Origin: an uncultured Bacteroidota bacterium
Lineage (GTDB): Bacteria; Bacteroidota; Bacteroidia; Bacteroidales; UBA10428
DNA: 64,000 bases
Reading direction: 5' to 3'
Assembly: GCA_963733535.1 (NCBI GenBank)
Contig: CAVTDR010000002.1
Location: forward strand, 593,678 to 657,677
Of the stretch, positions 9,367 to 19,410 are shown in pieces; the stretch's first letter is position 1; every line of letters begins with the position of its first letter. The notes beneath the pieces were generated by a model. It was given only the letters and a program-made list of their open reading frames with translations, was not told the origin of the DNA and made no database searches. The translations under genes were made by a program, and so were the position numbers.

Positions 9367-11759
9367 ATAAACAACATTCCGGTTTGGTAAATAATAAATG
9401 ACAACAACCATGCCATGCCCGTTGTAAAAACAATAGAAAACAACGCCCACTTCAAAGCGCCCGATTCGTTATAGATTGCTGTAACTGTTGGCAGGCAGGG
9501 AAAATAAAGTAATGTAAAAATAAGAAATGACAAGGTGGCAAGCGGCGTGAATACCCGCATTCCTTCCCGCTTCCCGTGTGTGTATCGTGCATTCTGTATT
9601 TTCTCTTCAAGTGTAAGGTTTTTCCCGTTATCCTGGTATACAACGCCCATGGTGCTCACTACAATTTCCTTTGCAGCAACGCCTGTAACAAGCGAGATGC
9701 CCATTCGCCAATCAAATCCCAGAGGCATTATTGCCGGCTCTATGAACTTTCCAATGCGTGCTATATAGGAATTCTCATTGGTTCCTGATTGCACTACGGT
9801 TTGATTAGCCTGACCTGACGCAGGTATCTTTTGAACCGGATAATGTCCCAGCGCCCAGATGATAATGGAAGCCAGCATAATTACGCCTCCCATTTTTTTA
9901 AGATATTGCGATGCTTTCATCCACATATGACGTGTAATAGACCTTACAGTTGGCAACCGATAAGGAGGAAGTTCCATTACAAAAGGAGCATCGGTAGTTT
10001 TAAAGAGGGTATTCTTAAATACCAGCGCTACCAGAATTGCCATTAATATACCGATCATGTATACCGAAAACAGCAGTGATCCTTTATTACTGGGGAATAC
10101 GGCTCCTATCAGTAAAATATAAACCGGTAAACGGGCACTGCACGACATAAAGGGATTAATCAGCATCGTTAATAAACGATTGTTTCTGTTTTCGATTGTA
10201 CGTGTGGCCATTATGGCGGGAACATTGCAACCAAAGCCCATTATTAATGGGATGAAGGATTTCCCATGCAACCCGATTTTATGCATGAGCTTATCCGTAA
10301 TAAAAGCAGCCCTTGCCATATAACCGGTATCTTCCATAATAGAAATAAAAAAGAAGAGGATCATAATGTTTGGAAGAAAAACAACGACTCCCCCAACGCC
10401 ACCGATGATTCCGTCAATAAGGAGTCTTTTCAGAGATCCTTCCGTCATAATTGAATTAAGAATTAGGGATATATAAGATACCCCGCTTTCAATCCACTGC
10501 TGTGGAAAGGCTCCCACATTAAAAGTGGCAGTAAACATAATCCACATAAAGAATAGAAAAACCGGAAATCCAAAATACCGGTGGGTCAGCAAATGATCGA
10601 TACTGTCAGATATCTTATGCCGGTTTTCAGTTCCCGGTTTGAATGTTTCCTTCAGTGCACCCGAAATAAATCCATATCGTGCATCGGTAAAAACCGATTC
10701 AATTGTATCGCCCATGATGCCTTCGATGCGTTCGGTCTCCAGCATGGACACCCGGATCACTTCATCGGCTTTTTTGTTTTTCCCAAGCATTTGTTGAATG
10801 GTATAGTCATTCACCAAAAGGCGCAATGCAATAAATCGTTTGGACAGTCCTTTCAGAGAAGTTGAATCTTCCGGCAAAAAAGGAATGATTTTACTGATGG
10901 CCGCTTCCGGTTCGCATCCGTAATTGATTTGAACACTTCGCTGATGGGGCTCATTGCCGGAATATACTTCAAGTACCTTGCGGAACAATTTATGAATGCC
11001 CCTTCCCCTTGCACCAATAGTGGGTACAAAAGGTATACCCAACATTTTACCCAGATTGTCATAATCAAACCGGTCGTGATGCCGGAACAGCTCATCGAAC
11101 ATATTCAGTGCCACCACAACTTTCACTTTCATATCAATCAACTGCGTAGTAAGAAATAAATTCCGCTCCAGATTTGCGGCGTCAACCACGTTAATCACCA
11201 CATCGGGTTTTTCGTTCAGAATGAAATTCCTTACATAGAGTTCTTCAGGAGAGTATGCTGATATGGAGTAAGTTCCGGGAAGATCGGTTAATTCAATTAA
11301 CGTTTCGTTAAAAGTAAAAGTAGTTGTTTTTGAATCGACTGTAACACCGGCATAATTGCCCACATGTTCGTGTGATCGTGACGAAAAATTAAATAAGGTT
11401 GTTTTGCCTGAATTCGGATTTCCAACCATCGCAACGCGAATGGTTTTGGAGTTATTAATTACAGGCTTTTTAGCAGTAAAAGGTTCAGTAAACAGCTCTT
11501 CCTCCCGATTAACCGGAGTGTATTCATGAGTAACTTCAATTAAAGATGCTTCGTTTCGGCGCAATGAAATATTATAACCCATTATGCTGAATTCAATGGG
11601 ATCATTTAATGGCGCATTTTTAACAACAGTAATCTTTTTACCCTTTACAAAACCCATCTCACTAATCCGCTGCCTGAAAGCGCCTTTCCCTCTAACGAGT
11701 TTGATATATACGCTATCTCCTGCACCTATTTCTGATAATCTTCGAACGCCAATACCCAT
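9363..11759 (-). CDS. feoB: Ferrous iron transporter, FeoA-FeoB fusion
   Basis: N-terminal FeoA domain (EMGF..G..APLNDPI), GTPase motifs GNPNSGKT, GNYAGVTV, DLPG, NMFD; membrane domain GFGCNVPA. Confidence 0.95.
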   Translation of the reverse strand: MGIGVRRLSEIGAGDSVYIKLVRGKGAFRQRISEMGFVKGKKITVVKNAPLNDPIEFSIMGYNISLRRNEASLIEVTHEYTPVNREEELFTEPFTAKKPVINNSKTIRVAMVGNPNSGKTTLFNFSSRSHEHVGNYAGVTVDSKTTTFTFNETLIELTDLPGTYSISAYSPEELYVRNFILNEKPDVVINVVDAANLERNLFLTTQLIDMKVKVVVALNMFDELFRHHDRFDYDNLGKMLGIPFVPTIGARGRGIHKLFRKVLEVYSGNEPHQRSVQINYGCEPEAAISKIIPFLPEDSTSLKGLSKRFIALRLLVNDYTIQQMLGKNKKADEVIRVSMLETERIEGIMGDTIESVFTDARYGFISGALKETFKPGTENRHKISDSIDHLLTHRYFGFPVFLFFMWIMFTATFNVGAFPQQWIESGVSYISLILNSIMTEGSLKRLLIDGIIGGVGGVVVFLPNIMILFFFISIMEDTGYMARAAFITDKLMHKIGLHGKSFIPLIMGFGCNVPAIMATRTIENRNNRLLTMLINPFMSCSARLPVYILLIGAVFPSNKGSLLFSVYMIGILMAILVALVFKNTLFKTTDAPFVMELPPYRLPTVRSITRHMWMKASQYLKKMGGVIMLASIIIWALGHYPVQKIPASGQANQTVVQSGTNENSYIARIGKFIEPAIMPLGFDWRMGISLVTGVAAKEIVVSTMGVVYQDNGKNLTLEEKIQNARYTHGKREGMRVFTPLATLSFLIFTLLYFPCLPTVTAIYNESGALKWALFSIVFTTGMAWLLSFIIYQTGMLFI

Positions 11760-11780
11760 TCCTTTGAAATATGCGTAATA

Positions 11781-11803
11781 TTATTTGTAAATAATCTAAA
11801 TAA
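11781..11803. promoter_or_regulatory. Putative Fur-family (iron-responsive) operator
   Basis: Imperfect palindrome TTATTTGTAAATAATCTAAATAA about 22 bp upstream of the feoAB start. Confidence 0.6.
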
Positions 11804-11916
11804 CAATACCTAAAGTATGGGATTTTAGAAAAGTTTTTCTTCATTATTTAATTGTACTATAGGAATATTGATTTACAATTTTTAACTTTATTTATACCGT
11901 TAATTAAATTTTTAAG

Positions 11917-12663
11917 GTGGTGGAACAGTATGAAAACATTTATGATAAAATTCAGGAATTGTTAGGTGGTATCTCAGGAAATGTTTCCATTCTTGAAGAG
12001 CAGATTGATGCCGATGTTCAACTGGAATATTATAATTATACCCAAAACCTGAAGGATCTTTCGGATCCTGAGGAAATACTTAAAAATTGTGATTCCATTT
12101 TCCAGCACGATATAGCATTGGAGGCCAAAAAGCACATGATTGTGCAGCTTGCCGGAATAGACCGTATTGAAGCTTACAGGACATTAGAAAGATATTACAG
12201 CGAAAAACACAATCAGTTAAAGGATTGGGCAATGCTTGCCATGCAGGAATGCCGTTTGCTTATTGAGAGTAAGTTACTCGATAAGAGCCAGGTATTAATT
12301 TCTACCGGTCTGGGTGGTAAAGGAATGAAACTCAGGTATTTTTCGGTTCTTTTATCGGCAACCAGTGAGCCTTACAATGCTTTTCAGAAAAAAATAATTA
12401 CCGGCGAACTCAATTATTTACTGCGGCGTAAGCATGGTGAACTGGAGAAAATGCGGTTCAGTAAAGAATTGTGTTTTATTACCAGTATGATTCCTTTGCC
12501 TGTTTCTGTTCAGGGATTATTTGATGATCTGATACAGGAATGCAACAATTACGGAAACTTTGTCAACAGGGATTACATTATTACCAATGTAAAAGTATTG
12601 CCTGCCAGAGAGGTAAGGGAATTAATTGAACGAACCAAATTAAAAGCAAAAACCCGGACTTGA
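11917..12663 (+). CDS. Hypothetical protein
   Basis: 248-aa ORF containing ISTGLGGKG; converges with the next gene on a shared terminator. Confidence 0.75.
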   Translation: MVEQYENIYDKIQELLGGISGNVSILEEQIDADVQLEYYNYTQNLKDLSDPEEILKNCDSIFQHDIALEAKKHMIVQLAGIDRIEAYRTLERYYSEKHNQLKDWAMLAMQECRLLIESKLLDKSQVLISTGLGGKGMKLRYFSVLLSATSEPYNAFQKKIITGELNYLLRRKHGELEKMRFSKELCFITSMIPLPVSVQGLFDDLIQECNNYGNFVNRDYIITNVKVLPAREVRELIERTKLKAKTRT

Positions 12664-12677
12664 TAGCCGGGTTTTTG
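12648..12677. terminator. Bidirectional intrinsic terminator
   Basis: AAAAACCCGGACT-TGAT-AGCCGGGTTTTT between convergent genes. Confidence 0.75.
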
Positions 12678-12694
12678 TTGAAAGCTGTAGGGGA

Positions 12695-13099
12695 TTAATT
12701 TTTATGCTCCCCGTCTTCAAATTCAACGCTTTCCAAATCGTCAAATTCAACATTGGTGTATTCATCAGTTGCCGAATCGGTATTTTCGTTGCTTATACCT
12801 TCACCCATATGATCTGAACTTTTAACGGTTTTAATGAATTCAATCACTTCCTGGAAACCATCTGCAAACTTTTCAAAATCTTCTTTATACAGGAAGATTT
12901 TGTGTTTCTCAAAGAAGAAGCGACCATCTTTCTGAAAACGTTTTTTACTTTCTGTGATAGTCAGGAAATAGTCATTTCTTCGGGTTGCCTTAACATCAAA
13001 AAAATAGGTTCTTTTTCCTGCTCTGACCGCTCTGGAGAAAATTTCACGATGTTCTGACTCTTCGGCGATCTGGTTTTTGTCATTCCGATCTTCAATCAT
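12695..13099 (-). CDS. PUR-family DNA/RNA-binding protein (DUF3276)
   Basis: VRAGKRTYFFDVK..DYFLTITESKKR..EKHKIFLYKEDF; divergent from nusB. Confidence 0.9.
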   Translation of the reverse strand: MIEDRNDKNQIAEESEHREIFSRAVRAGKRTYFFDVKATRRNDYFLTITESKKRFQKDGRFFFEKHKIFLYKEDFEKFADGFQEVIEFIKTVKSSDHMGEGISNENTDSATDEYTNVEFDDLESVEFEDGEHKN

Positions 13100-13307
13100 A
13101 CGTCAGGGGTTTTTTTGTCGAGTTTATTAGCTATTTCAAAAGTAAAAAAATTTCTTTTTGAAGTTAACTTTCATGAATTTAAAAATAGCTTTTTTGACGA
13201 ATGTGCTTTATTGACGAAAATTGAAACTAATTCTTAAAGTTAAGAAAAATACATTTAATTTGCAGTTATTATTATAACCTCATTGCGGAACACAGGTTCT
13301 TTTATAT

Positions 13308-14259
13308 ATGATTAGCAGACGGATTTTAAGAATTAAGATTTTACAGCTTTTATACGCTTATTTTCAGGGTGCAGATAGTTCGATGAATAAACACGAGAAG
13401 GAATTATTTTTCAGCATCCAGAAAGACTTATGATCTGTACCATTATTTACTTTTACTTATCGTTGATATTGCAGATTATGCCAATTCACGAATTGAAATA
13501 GCCAGACAGAAAATGGTCCCCACACGCGAGGACCTGAATCCGAATACCAAGTTCGTTGATAACAAGGTCATTCAATTATTGCGTGTCAATAAACAACTCA
13601 ATCAGTATTTGCATGCCACTCCTTTATCCTGGGTGAACAGTCCGGAATTGATTAAAAAACTGCACAACCGGATCCGGATGACTCCTTATTTCAAGGAATA
13701 TATGGAAGATCCCAAGCGAAGCTTTGAACAGGATAAAAAACTGATTATCGAAATTTATTCCTCTGAGATCATCAACACGGAAAGTATTTACCAGACTCTT
13801 GAAGAACAAAGTATTTACTGGAATGATGAAGTGGAATTCATTATCAGCATGATCGCAAAAACCGTGAAGGACTTCAAAGAAGACGATAATGAAAATGCTG
13901 CGCTGTTGCCTTTATTTAAAAACGATGACGACAAGGATTTTGCGCAGGATCTTTTTCGTAAGTCGGTGCTTTGTAAAGAAGAATACTGTAAACTGGTTGA
14001 ATCTTTTACTGAAAACTGGGACGTGGAACGTATTGCCTTTATAGATATGCTTATTCTGGTTATGGCAATCACAGAAGCAGTTGCATTTACTTCAATACCT
14101 ACAAGGGTAACCATTAATGAATATCTGGAAATAGCTAAATTCTACAGCACAGAAAAAAGCAGCGTATTTATCAATGGCTTGCTTGACAAAATATTCAAAC
14201 ATTTAAAAGACGAACAGAAAATCCGGAAAACCGGGAGGGGATTAATTGGGGAAGTTTAG
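13308..14259 (+). pseudogene. nusB: Transcription antitermination factor NusB with a +1 frameshift near 13422-13424
   Basis: ATG 13308 gives MISRRILRIKILQLLYAY...ELFFSIQK, then TGA at 13431. The +1 frame continues TYDLYHYLLLL...MVPT...NWDVERIAFID...NEYLEIAKFYS..FINGLLD. Confidence 0.85.
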
Positions 14260-14326
14260 ATATTAAACCAATTCTTTCACAGATTTTCCTTAATTTTGTT
14301 TTTTAATAATCAATAACAAATAAACG

Positions 14327-14659
14327 ATGATGAATCTTTTAGCAACTATTTTAATGACTCCTGCACAACCCGGAGCTCAATCCAGTCCTTTTTCGATGTT
14401 GGTTCCTCTTTTGCTGATCATGGTAGTATTTTACTTTTTCCTGATCCGTCCACAAATGAAACGGCAGAAAGAATTGAAGAATTTCAGGGATACACTGAAA
14501 AAGGGTGATCATATTATTACTGCAGGTGGAATTTATGGTAAAATCAATAACATCACAGATAACGTGATTACTATTGATGCGGGAAATAATGTCCTTTTAA
14601 AAGTTGACAAAAGCGCTGTACTTCGCGATACCACTGACGTTCAAAATCAACAGCAATAA
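14327..14659 (+). CDS. yajC: Preprotein translocase subunit YajC
   Basis: YFFLIRPQMKRQK, LKKGDHIITAGGIYG. Confidence 0.95.
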   Translation: MMNLLATILMTPAQPGAQSSPFSMLVPLLLIMVVFYFFLIRPQMKRQKELKNFRDTLKKGDHIITAGGIYGKINNITDNVITIDAGNNVLLKVDKSAVLRDTTDVQNQQQ

Positions 14660-14710
14660 TTACTAAATTTTTACAGCGTTTAAGGTATATTTGTATTATA
14701 CTTTAAACGC

Positions 14711-15739
14711 TTGCTTTTGGATAGTGCCTTACCAAACAACAACAGGAAGTCCGTTTTCAGAGGATTCCTTCAGCGCTTATATGGATCTCCATTTCTGCAA
14801 CAGCGCAGGTTTATAACATTTTTCTTTTTTCTCATCTTATCTGCTGCTTTTTGGTTTATTCGTTCTCTTGGAGAAGAATATGAAACCCAGCTGGATTATC
14901 CTGTCCGGTATATCAACTTTCCTGAGGATAAGGTTCTTGTTGGAAAAGTTCCCTACAAACTTTTGTTAACAGTGAAAGCAAAGGGTTTTAGCATTTTCAA
15001 GAATAAACTGAAATTTGATTTAATTCCCTTACGTTTCAACGTCAGTTCCTTCTCCCTGAATAGTATGGGTGCTGACACCTTTTATATTGACACCCGAACT
15101 GTAAAAGAAGTGCTGTCGGCAGAATTAAACGGGATGACAATTCTGGACATTTATCCGGATACGTTGTTTTTTAAGCTTACAAATATATTAGTTAAGAAAG
15201 TTCCTGTAGAACCCGTTCTGGCTATGCATAGTAAATTTTTTCAACAACAATTTATGCTTAACGGCAATATAGAAGTTTCACCGGACAGTGTGATCATATC
15301 CGGGCCTAAACCTCTTGTGGATTCTATAAATTATATTACCACTATAGCCCTGAAATACAACAACCTGTCTGACACCATTGAAGATCAGGCAGATTTAAAG
15401 GAAATTCATTTAATTACTTTTTCTCAACCCTCGGTGAATATTTTGATTCCTGTTGATCGATTTACTGAAGTCGAAAACCAGCTTGCTATTGAAACAATAA
15501 ATGTCCCCGATTCTTTACACATGATTGCCATTCCAGGGCAGGCAACCGTAACCTTTCGCATATGCCTGAGCAATTATAACCGGATCATTAATAGTCCCCT
15601 GATTCCCCGAATTGATTATAATGAGATCAGAGAGCAAAATAAAAGCCGGCTCACCGTGTTTCTTATTGATACCCCTCAGTTTATCAGTAATCTGAGATTT
15701 AATCCAAAGGTCACTGAATATTTAATAACGCGGGAATGA
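14711..15739 (+). CDS. YbbR/CdaR-like membrane-anchored protein
   Basis: N-terminal TM, KKVPVEP...PDSVIISGP repeat motifs, usual position between yajC and coaE. Confidence 0.75.
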   Translation: MLLDSALPNNNRKSVFRGFLQRLYGSPFLQQRRFITFFFFLILSAAFWFIRSLGEEYETQLDYPVRYINFPEDKVLVGKVPYKLLLTVKAKGFSIFKNKLKFDLIPLRFNVSSFSLNSMGADTFYIDTRTVKEVLSAELNGMTILDIYPDTLFFKLTNILVKKVPVEPVLAMHSKFFQQQFMLNGNIEVSPDSVIISGPKPLVDSINYITTIALKYNNLSDTIEDQADLKEIHLITFSQPSVNILIPVDRFTEVENQLAIETINVPDSLHMIAIPGQATVTFRICLSNYNRIINSPLIPRIDYNEIREQNKSRLTVFLIDTPQFISNLRFNPKVTEYLITRE

Positions 15740-16332
15740 TGGTTGTTGGAATTACGGGTGGAATTGGTAGCGGTAAATCATTGGTATGCCAGGTATTTTC
15801 AACACTTCAGATTCCGGTATTCTCTTCCGACGACGAATCCCGAAATATCTCCCAGACCGATCCTGAAATTCAGAATGCGCTGGTTGCCTTACTTGGGTCC
15901 GAAATATATCACAACGGCATCTTAAACCGGCCTTTAATGGCTGAAAAAATATTTAAGGATGCAGTTCTTCTTGATAAAGTGAATCGAATCATTCACCCTA
16001 AAGTTGCAGATCATTTCAGGATGTGGCTGAAAAACCACAGATTTAAACCCTATGTTATACAGGAGAGTGCCATTTTATTTGAAAGCAATGCGTATCAGTT
16101 ATGTGATAAAACAATAACCGTATCATCCCCCGAATCCCTTCGGATAGCACGGGTAATCCAAAGAAAAAATATGTACATGGAAAAAATCCGGGCTATTATG
16201 CATCATCAGATTCCGGAGACAGATAAAATCCTCCGTTCAGATTATGTCATCGTTAATGATGAATCTCAGTTGCTGATACCGCAGATTTTAAAACTTCATC
16301 AAATCTTTTCTAGTCAACATGCTGTTTCATGA
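15736..16332 (+). CDS. coaE: Dephospho-CoA kinase
   Basis: VGITGGIGSGKS, IIHPKV, ESAILFE. Confidence 0.95.
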   Translation: MMVVGITGGIGSGKSLVCQVFSTLQIPVFSSDDESRNISQTDPEIQNALVALLGSEIYHNGILNRPLMAEKIFKDAVLLDKVNRIIHPKVADHFRMWLKNHRFKPYVIQESAILFESNAYQLCDKTITVSSPESLRIARVIQRKNMYMEKIRAIMHHQIPETDKILRSDYVIVNDESQLLIPQILKLHQIFSSQHAVS

Positions 16333-17051
16333 ATAAATTGGGAAAGTGGATTGGGATAGGACTGGGATGGACAATTGGTGGTCCGATTGGTGCTGTTTTG
16401 GGTTTTGCTTTTGGAAGTTTTGTGGATTCGTCCGATATGGAACAATTCGGGAATACTTCAGACAAAACAACTACGGGCGACTTTATCGTGAGTCTTCTGG
16501 TTTTAGTTGCAGCAGTGATGAAAGCGGATCAACGCGTCTTAAAGTCAGAGCTGTCCTTTGTTAGAAATTATCTGATCCATTCGTTTGGCGAGGATGAAAT
16601 TGGCGAGATGTTGAGAGTTCTAAGGGATTTATTGAAAAAAAATATTCCGTTAAAAGATGTAAGCAAGCAGATTCAGACACGTATGGATTATGCTTCACGG
16701 CTTCAGCTCATGCATTTTTTATTTGGAATTGCTTTCGCAGATGGAGCTGTCACTGAATCGGAATTGATTATGATTGAACAAATAGGAGTGGATATCGGAT
16801 TATCCCATGCCGATATCGAATCTTTGAAAAATATGTTCCGAAAAAGTAACGACTGGGCATATTCCATTTTGGAAATCAGTCGTACCGCCAGCAATGAAGA
16901 AATCAAGAAAAAATACCGTCAGATGGCCTTAAAAAATCATCCCGATAAGGTGGCTTATCTGGGTGAACAAATCCGCCAAAACGCGCAGGATAAATTCCAG
17001 AAAATTCAGGAAGCCTGGTTAACCATTAAAAAAGAAAGAGAAATTCTTTAG
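16329..17051 (+). CDS. DjlA-like co-chaperone (TM + TerB + C-terminal J domain)
   Basis: Gly-rich N-terminal TM, AAVMKAD, J domain with HPD (KNHPDKV). Confidence 0.88.
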   Translation: MNKLGKWIGIGLGWTIGGPIGAVLGFAFGSFVDSSDMEQFGNTSDKTTTGDFIVSLLVLVAAVMKADQRVLKSELSFVRNYLIHSFGEDEIGEMLRVLRDLLKKNIPLKDVSKQIQTRMDYASRLQLMHFLFGIAFADGAVTESELIMIEQIGVDIGLSHADIESLKNMFRKSNDWAYSILEISRTASNEEIKKKYRQMALKNHPDKVAYLGEQIRQNAQDKFQKIQEAWLTIKKEREIL

Positions 17052-17560
17052 TCCTTTTTCGTTTTGCGGACAGCAGTGGTAGCTTTTTTAGCTTTTGGAG
17101 CTGGTTTTTTTGCAGGAACGGCTTCCGCTACAGCTTCAGCAGGCTCTGCAGGTTTTTCAACCACTTCTTCTTCTTCAAATTTCAGAAGATCCAATTCCAA
17201 CAATGTATTATACCAGGTAACCAGTTTCTTGATATCAGAAACATAAACCCGGTTCCGGTCATAATCGGGTAACACTTTTTCCAGAAACTTTTTCAAATCT
17301 TCAGGAGTGGTCGATTTTGCATCAGGAGCAGGACCACCGGCATTCAGATCAAAAATGTTCTTCAATACTTTCTTTAAAGGAACTTCCTCCCCTTCCGTAA
17401 AAATGGCAATATCACTCAATGCACTTACTTTCTGAGATGCACTGACAAAAATTCGCTTTTTATCCGAAAACGCTTCTACAATGATACCGTTCCTTCCCTG
17501 TGAAACGAACTTAAATAAACCGCTTTGTCCGGAAACAGACATAATTTCCTTTAAATCCAT
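17048..17560 (-). CDS. DUF5606-family protein
   Basis: MDLKEIMSVSGQSGLFK...LPDYDRNRVYVSDIKKLVTWYN; Lys/Ala-rich tail. Confidence 0.85.
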   Translation of the reverse strand: MDLKEIMSVSGQSGLFKFVSQGRNGIIVEAFSDKKRIFVSASQKVSALSDIAIFTEGEEVPLKKVLKNIFDLNAGGPAPDAKSTTPEDLKKFLEKVLPDYDRNRVYVSDIKKLVTWYNTLLELDLLKFEEEEVVEKPAEPAEAVAEAVPAKKPAPKAKKATTAVRKTKKD

Positions 17561-17711
17561 GATGTCAAAAGATAAGTTTAATGTGCTGCAAAAATACAAA
17601 CAAATCTGAATTGGTAATCATTTTATGGTCTTGTTGTTTGAAAGTCTGCATTTTCACTTTGTGATGCCGATGAGTGAACCGGTTCATGGTTTCTCTTAAA
17701 AAAGAAACAAC

Positions 17712-17830
17712 TGTCCGTATCCGGACAATGTTTGTATCAAATCCGGTTATTTTCAAGGTTAATGAGTTGTTAAAATCCTTTATATAACACTGTATATTAG
17801 TATTTTATAAATTGTGGCACACTATATGTA
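17712..17830 (+). promoter_or_regulatory. Putative sigma-54 promoter with upstream activator palindrome
   Basis: TGTCCG-TATC-CGGACA at 17712-17727; TGGCAC-N7-TGTA (-24/-12 variant) at 17815-17830. Confidence 0.55.
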
Positions 17831-17861
17831 ATAATCCTGTCAAACATTAAACATAGAAACC

Positions 17862-18338
17862 ATGAAAAAAAATCTGAGCATACGCAGCCTAAGAGGTTTA
17901 GCAATAGGTGCAGTAGCTGCTGCATTACTCACAAACGGAGTAATTGCTCAACCCAATGCAAACAAAAATTCAGCAGACAACAATTATATGGACCGCCTGG
18001 AAAAACATATGGTTATTGCTCAGCAGAATATGAAATACGAAGCCCCTGTTGAAAACGAATGGATGGCATCTGAAGATCTTGTTCAAAATATGGACCTTAT
18101 GGCAGCTATTACAGAAAACACACTAAAATATAAAGCACCGGAAGCTGAAACAGAAAATGAACTTGCAGCTATTCCGGAATACGGAAAGAATCAGCCAAAC
18201 CCGGTAAAAGCCATATTACATAAAACATCAGGAAATGCACAATTTATGACTGCGGGATATCACCCTGCAACTTCCGGAAAACATTATAGAAAAGCCAAAT
18301 GTCGGCCAGCCCGTGGACAAATGGCTCAGAAAAACTAA
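17862..18338 (+). CDS. Secreted hypothetical protein with two KY.AP repeats
   Basis: Signal peptide; repeats MDRLEKHMVIAQQNMKYEAP and MDLMAAITENTLKYKAP. Confidence 0.7.
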   Translation: MKKNLSIRSLRGLAIGAVAAALLTNGVIAQPNANKNSADNNYMDRLEKHMVIAQQNMKYEAPVENEWMASEDLVQNMDLMAAITENTLKYKAPEAETENELAAIPEYGKNQPNPVKAILHKTSGNAQFMTAGYHPATSGKHYRKAKCRPARGQMAQKN

Positions 18339-18390
18339 GTTTCTTTTCATAGATTTTTGGGTTAATAATTAGAGTAGTAGTTAGGTAGGT

Positions 18391-18423
18391 AAGGGGGTGT
18401 TGCAAAACATCCCCTTCTTATTT
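18391..18423. terminator. Intrinsic terminator
   Basis: AAGGGGGTGTT-GCAA-AACATCCCCTT followed by CTTATTT, between convergent genes. Confidence 0.7.
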
Positions 18424-18434
18424 GTATTAAACTG

Positions 18435-19127
18435 TTATTTTACAATCTTAAAATTAAAAACTTCTGTATCCATGCTGGCCATAATACGAAGCCATATAGG
18501 AAGCAGCATTTCAGTACCTCTTGATGCTGTTATATCGCCCAAATCGATAATATTTGTCCGCCTCCAGCCTATTTGTTCCAATAAACTGATTACCGCGTTT
18601 TTTGACCGCTCTTCGTTACCACAAATAAACACATTGTGATCCCCGGCTCCAATTTTTCCAGGATCCACCATCAATCCACACCACATACTATTCAATGCCT
18701 TCACCACATTCACCCGGGGGAATGTACGCTGAATTTCTTCCCCCAGAGAGTTGTTGTTGCATAAAGTATCAGAGAGAACAGGGATCATATTTTTTGCCGG
18801 CTCCAGTGGATTGGCAACATCAACTAATGTTTTGCCATTCAGATTTGAAGCTCCGGCAAGTTTTAAGGCAGCTACAGAATTTCTTCCATTCGTTGCATTA
18901 ATAATCAACTCTCCGAATGCAGCAGTTTCCCCGAAAGTGCTGATTCTGATTTGTTTAAAATTTTTCGCCCATTCTGAAAAAGGTGGTCTTCCAAACTGAT
19001 CGTTTTCTGTTTGCTCAAAAGTTTTTTCCACATTTCTGGTACCCATCATCACCTCATGTCCCAGATCTTCCAATTTTTCATACAGCGTCTGGCCCACACT
19101 ACCCGTTCCCAATATTCCAATTTTCAT
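18435..19127 (-). CDS. NADP-dependent oxidoreductase, F420-dependent NADP reductase-like family
   Basis: IGILGTGSVG, VDVANPL, SLGEEIQ, VVKALN, IIDLGDITASRGTE. Confidence 0.85.
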   Translation of the reverse strand: MKIGILGTGSVGQTLYEKLEDLGHEVMMGTRNVEKTFEQTENDQFGRPPFSEWAKNFKQIRISTFGETAAFGELIINATNGRNSVAALKLAGASNLNGKTLVDVANPLEPAKNMIPVLSDTLCNNNSLGEEIQRTFPRVNVVKALNSMWCGLMVDPGKIGAGDHNVFICGNEERSKNAVISLLEQIGWRRTNIIDLGDITASRGTEMLLPIWLRIMASMDTEVFNFKIVK

Positions 19128-19410
19128 TTTATTCCTTTCTGTTTAATCTGAATCATCTTTAATTTCTGCTCGTGATAAACCCGAAATAGCACGACCATTC
19201 AGTACCTCTCCGGTTAGTTACCGTGAAAAGCGATCCATGTACGGGATTTTTTACCTCACCCGGATTCATATATCTGTTTAACTTGTTTAACCATTGTAAT
19301 GTGATATAAACAAATCAGAATCCGAATTAGTTAAGGAGAATTTACCTGCCTCTATTTTTTTCTTTGAACAAAACTGGGATATACATGCAAAACAGAATTA
19401 CCTCCTGTTA

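Noticed and set aside
13194-13218. TTGACGAA direct repeat upstream of nusB/DUF3276
   Set aside because: Only two 8-mers in AT-rich DNA; compatible with chance.
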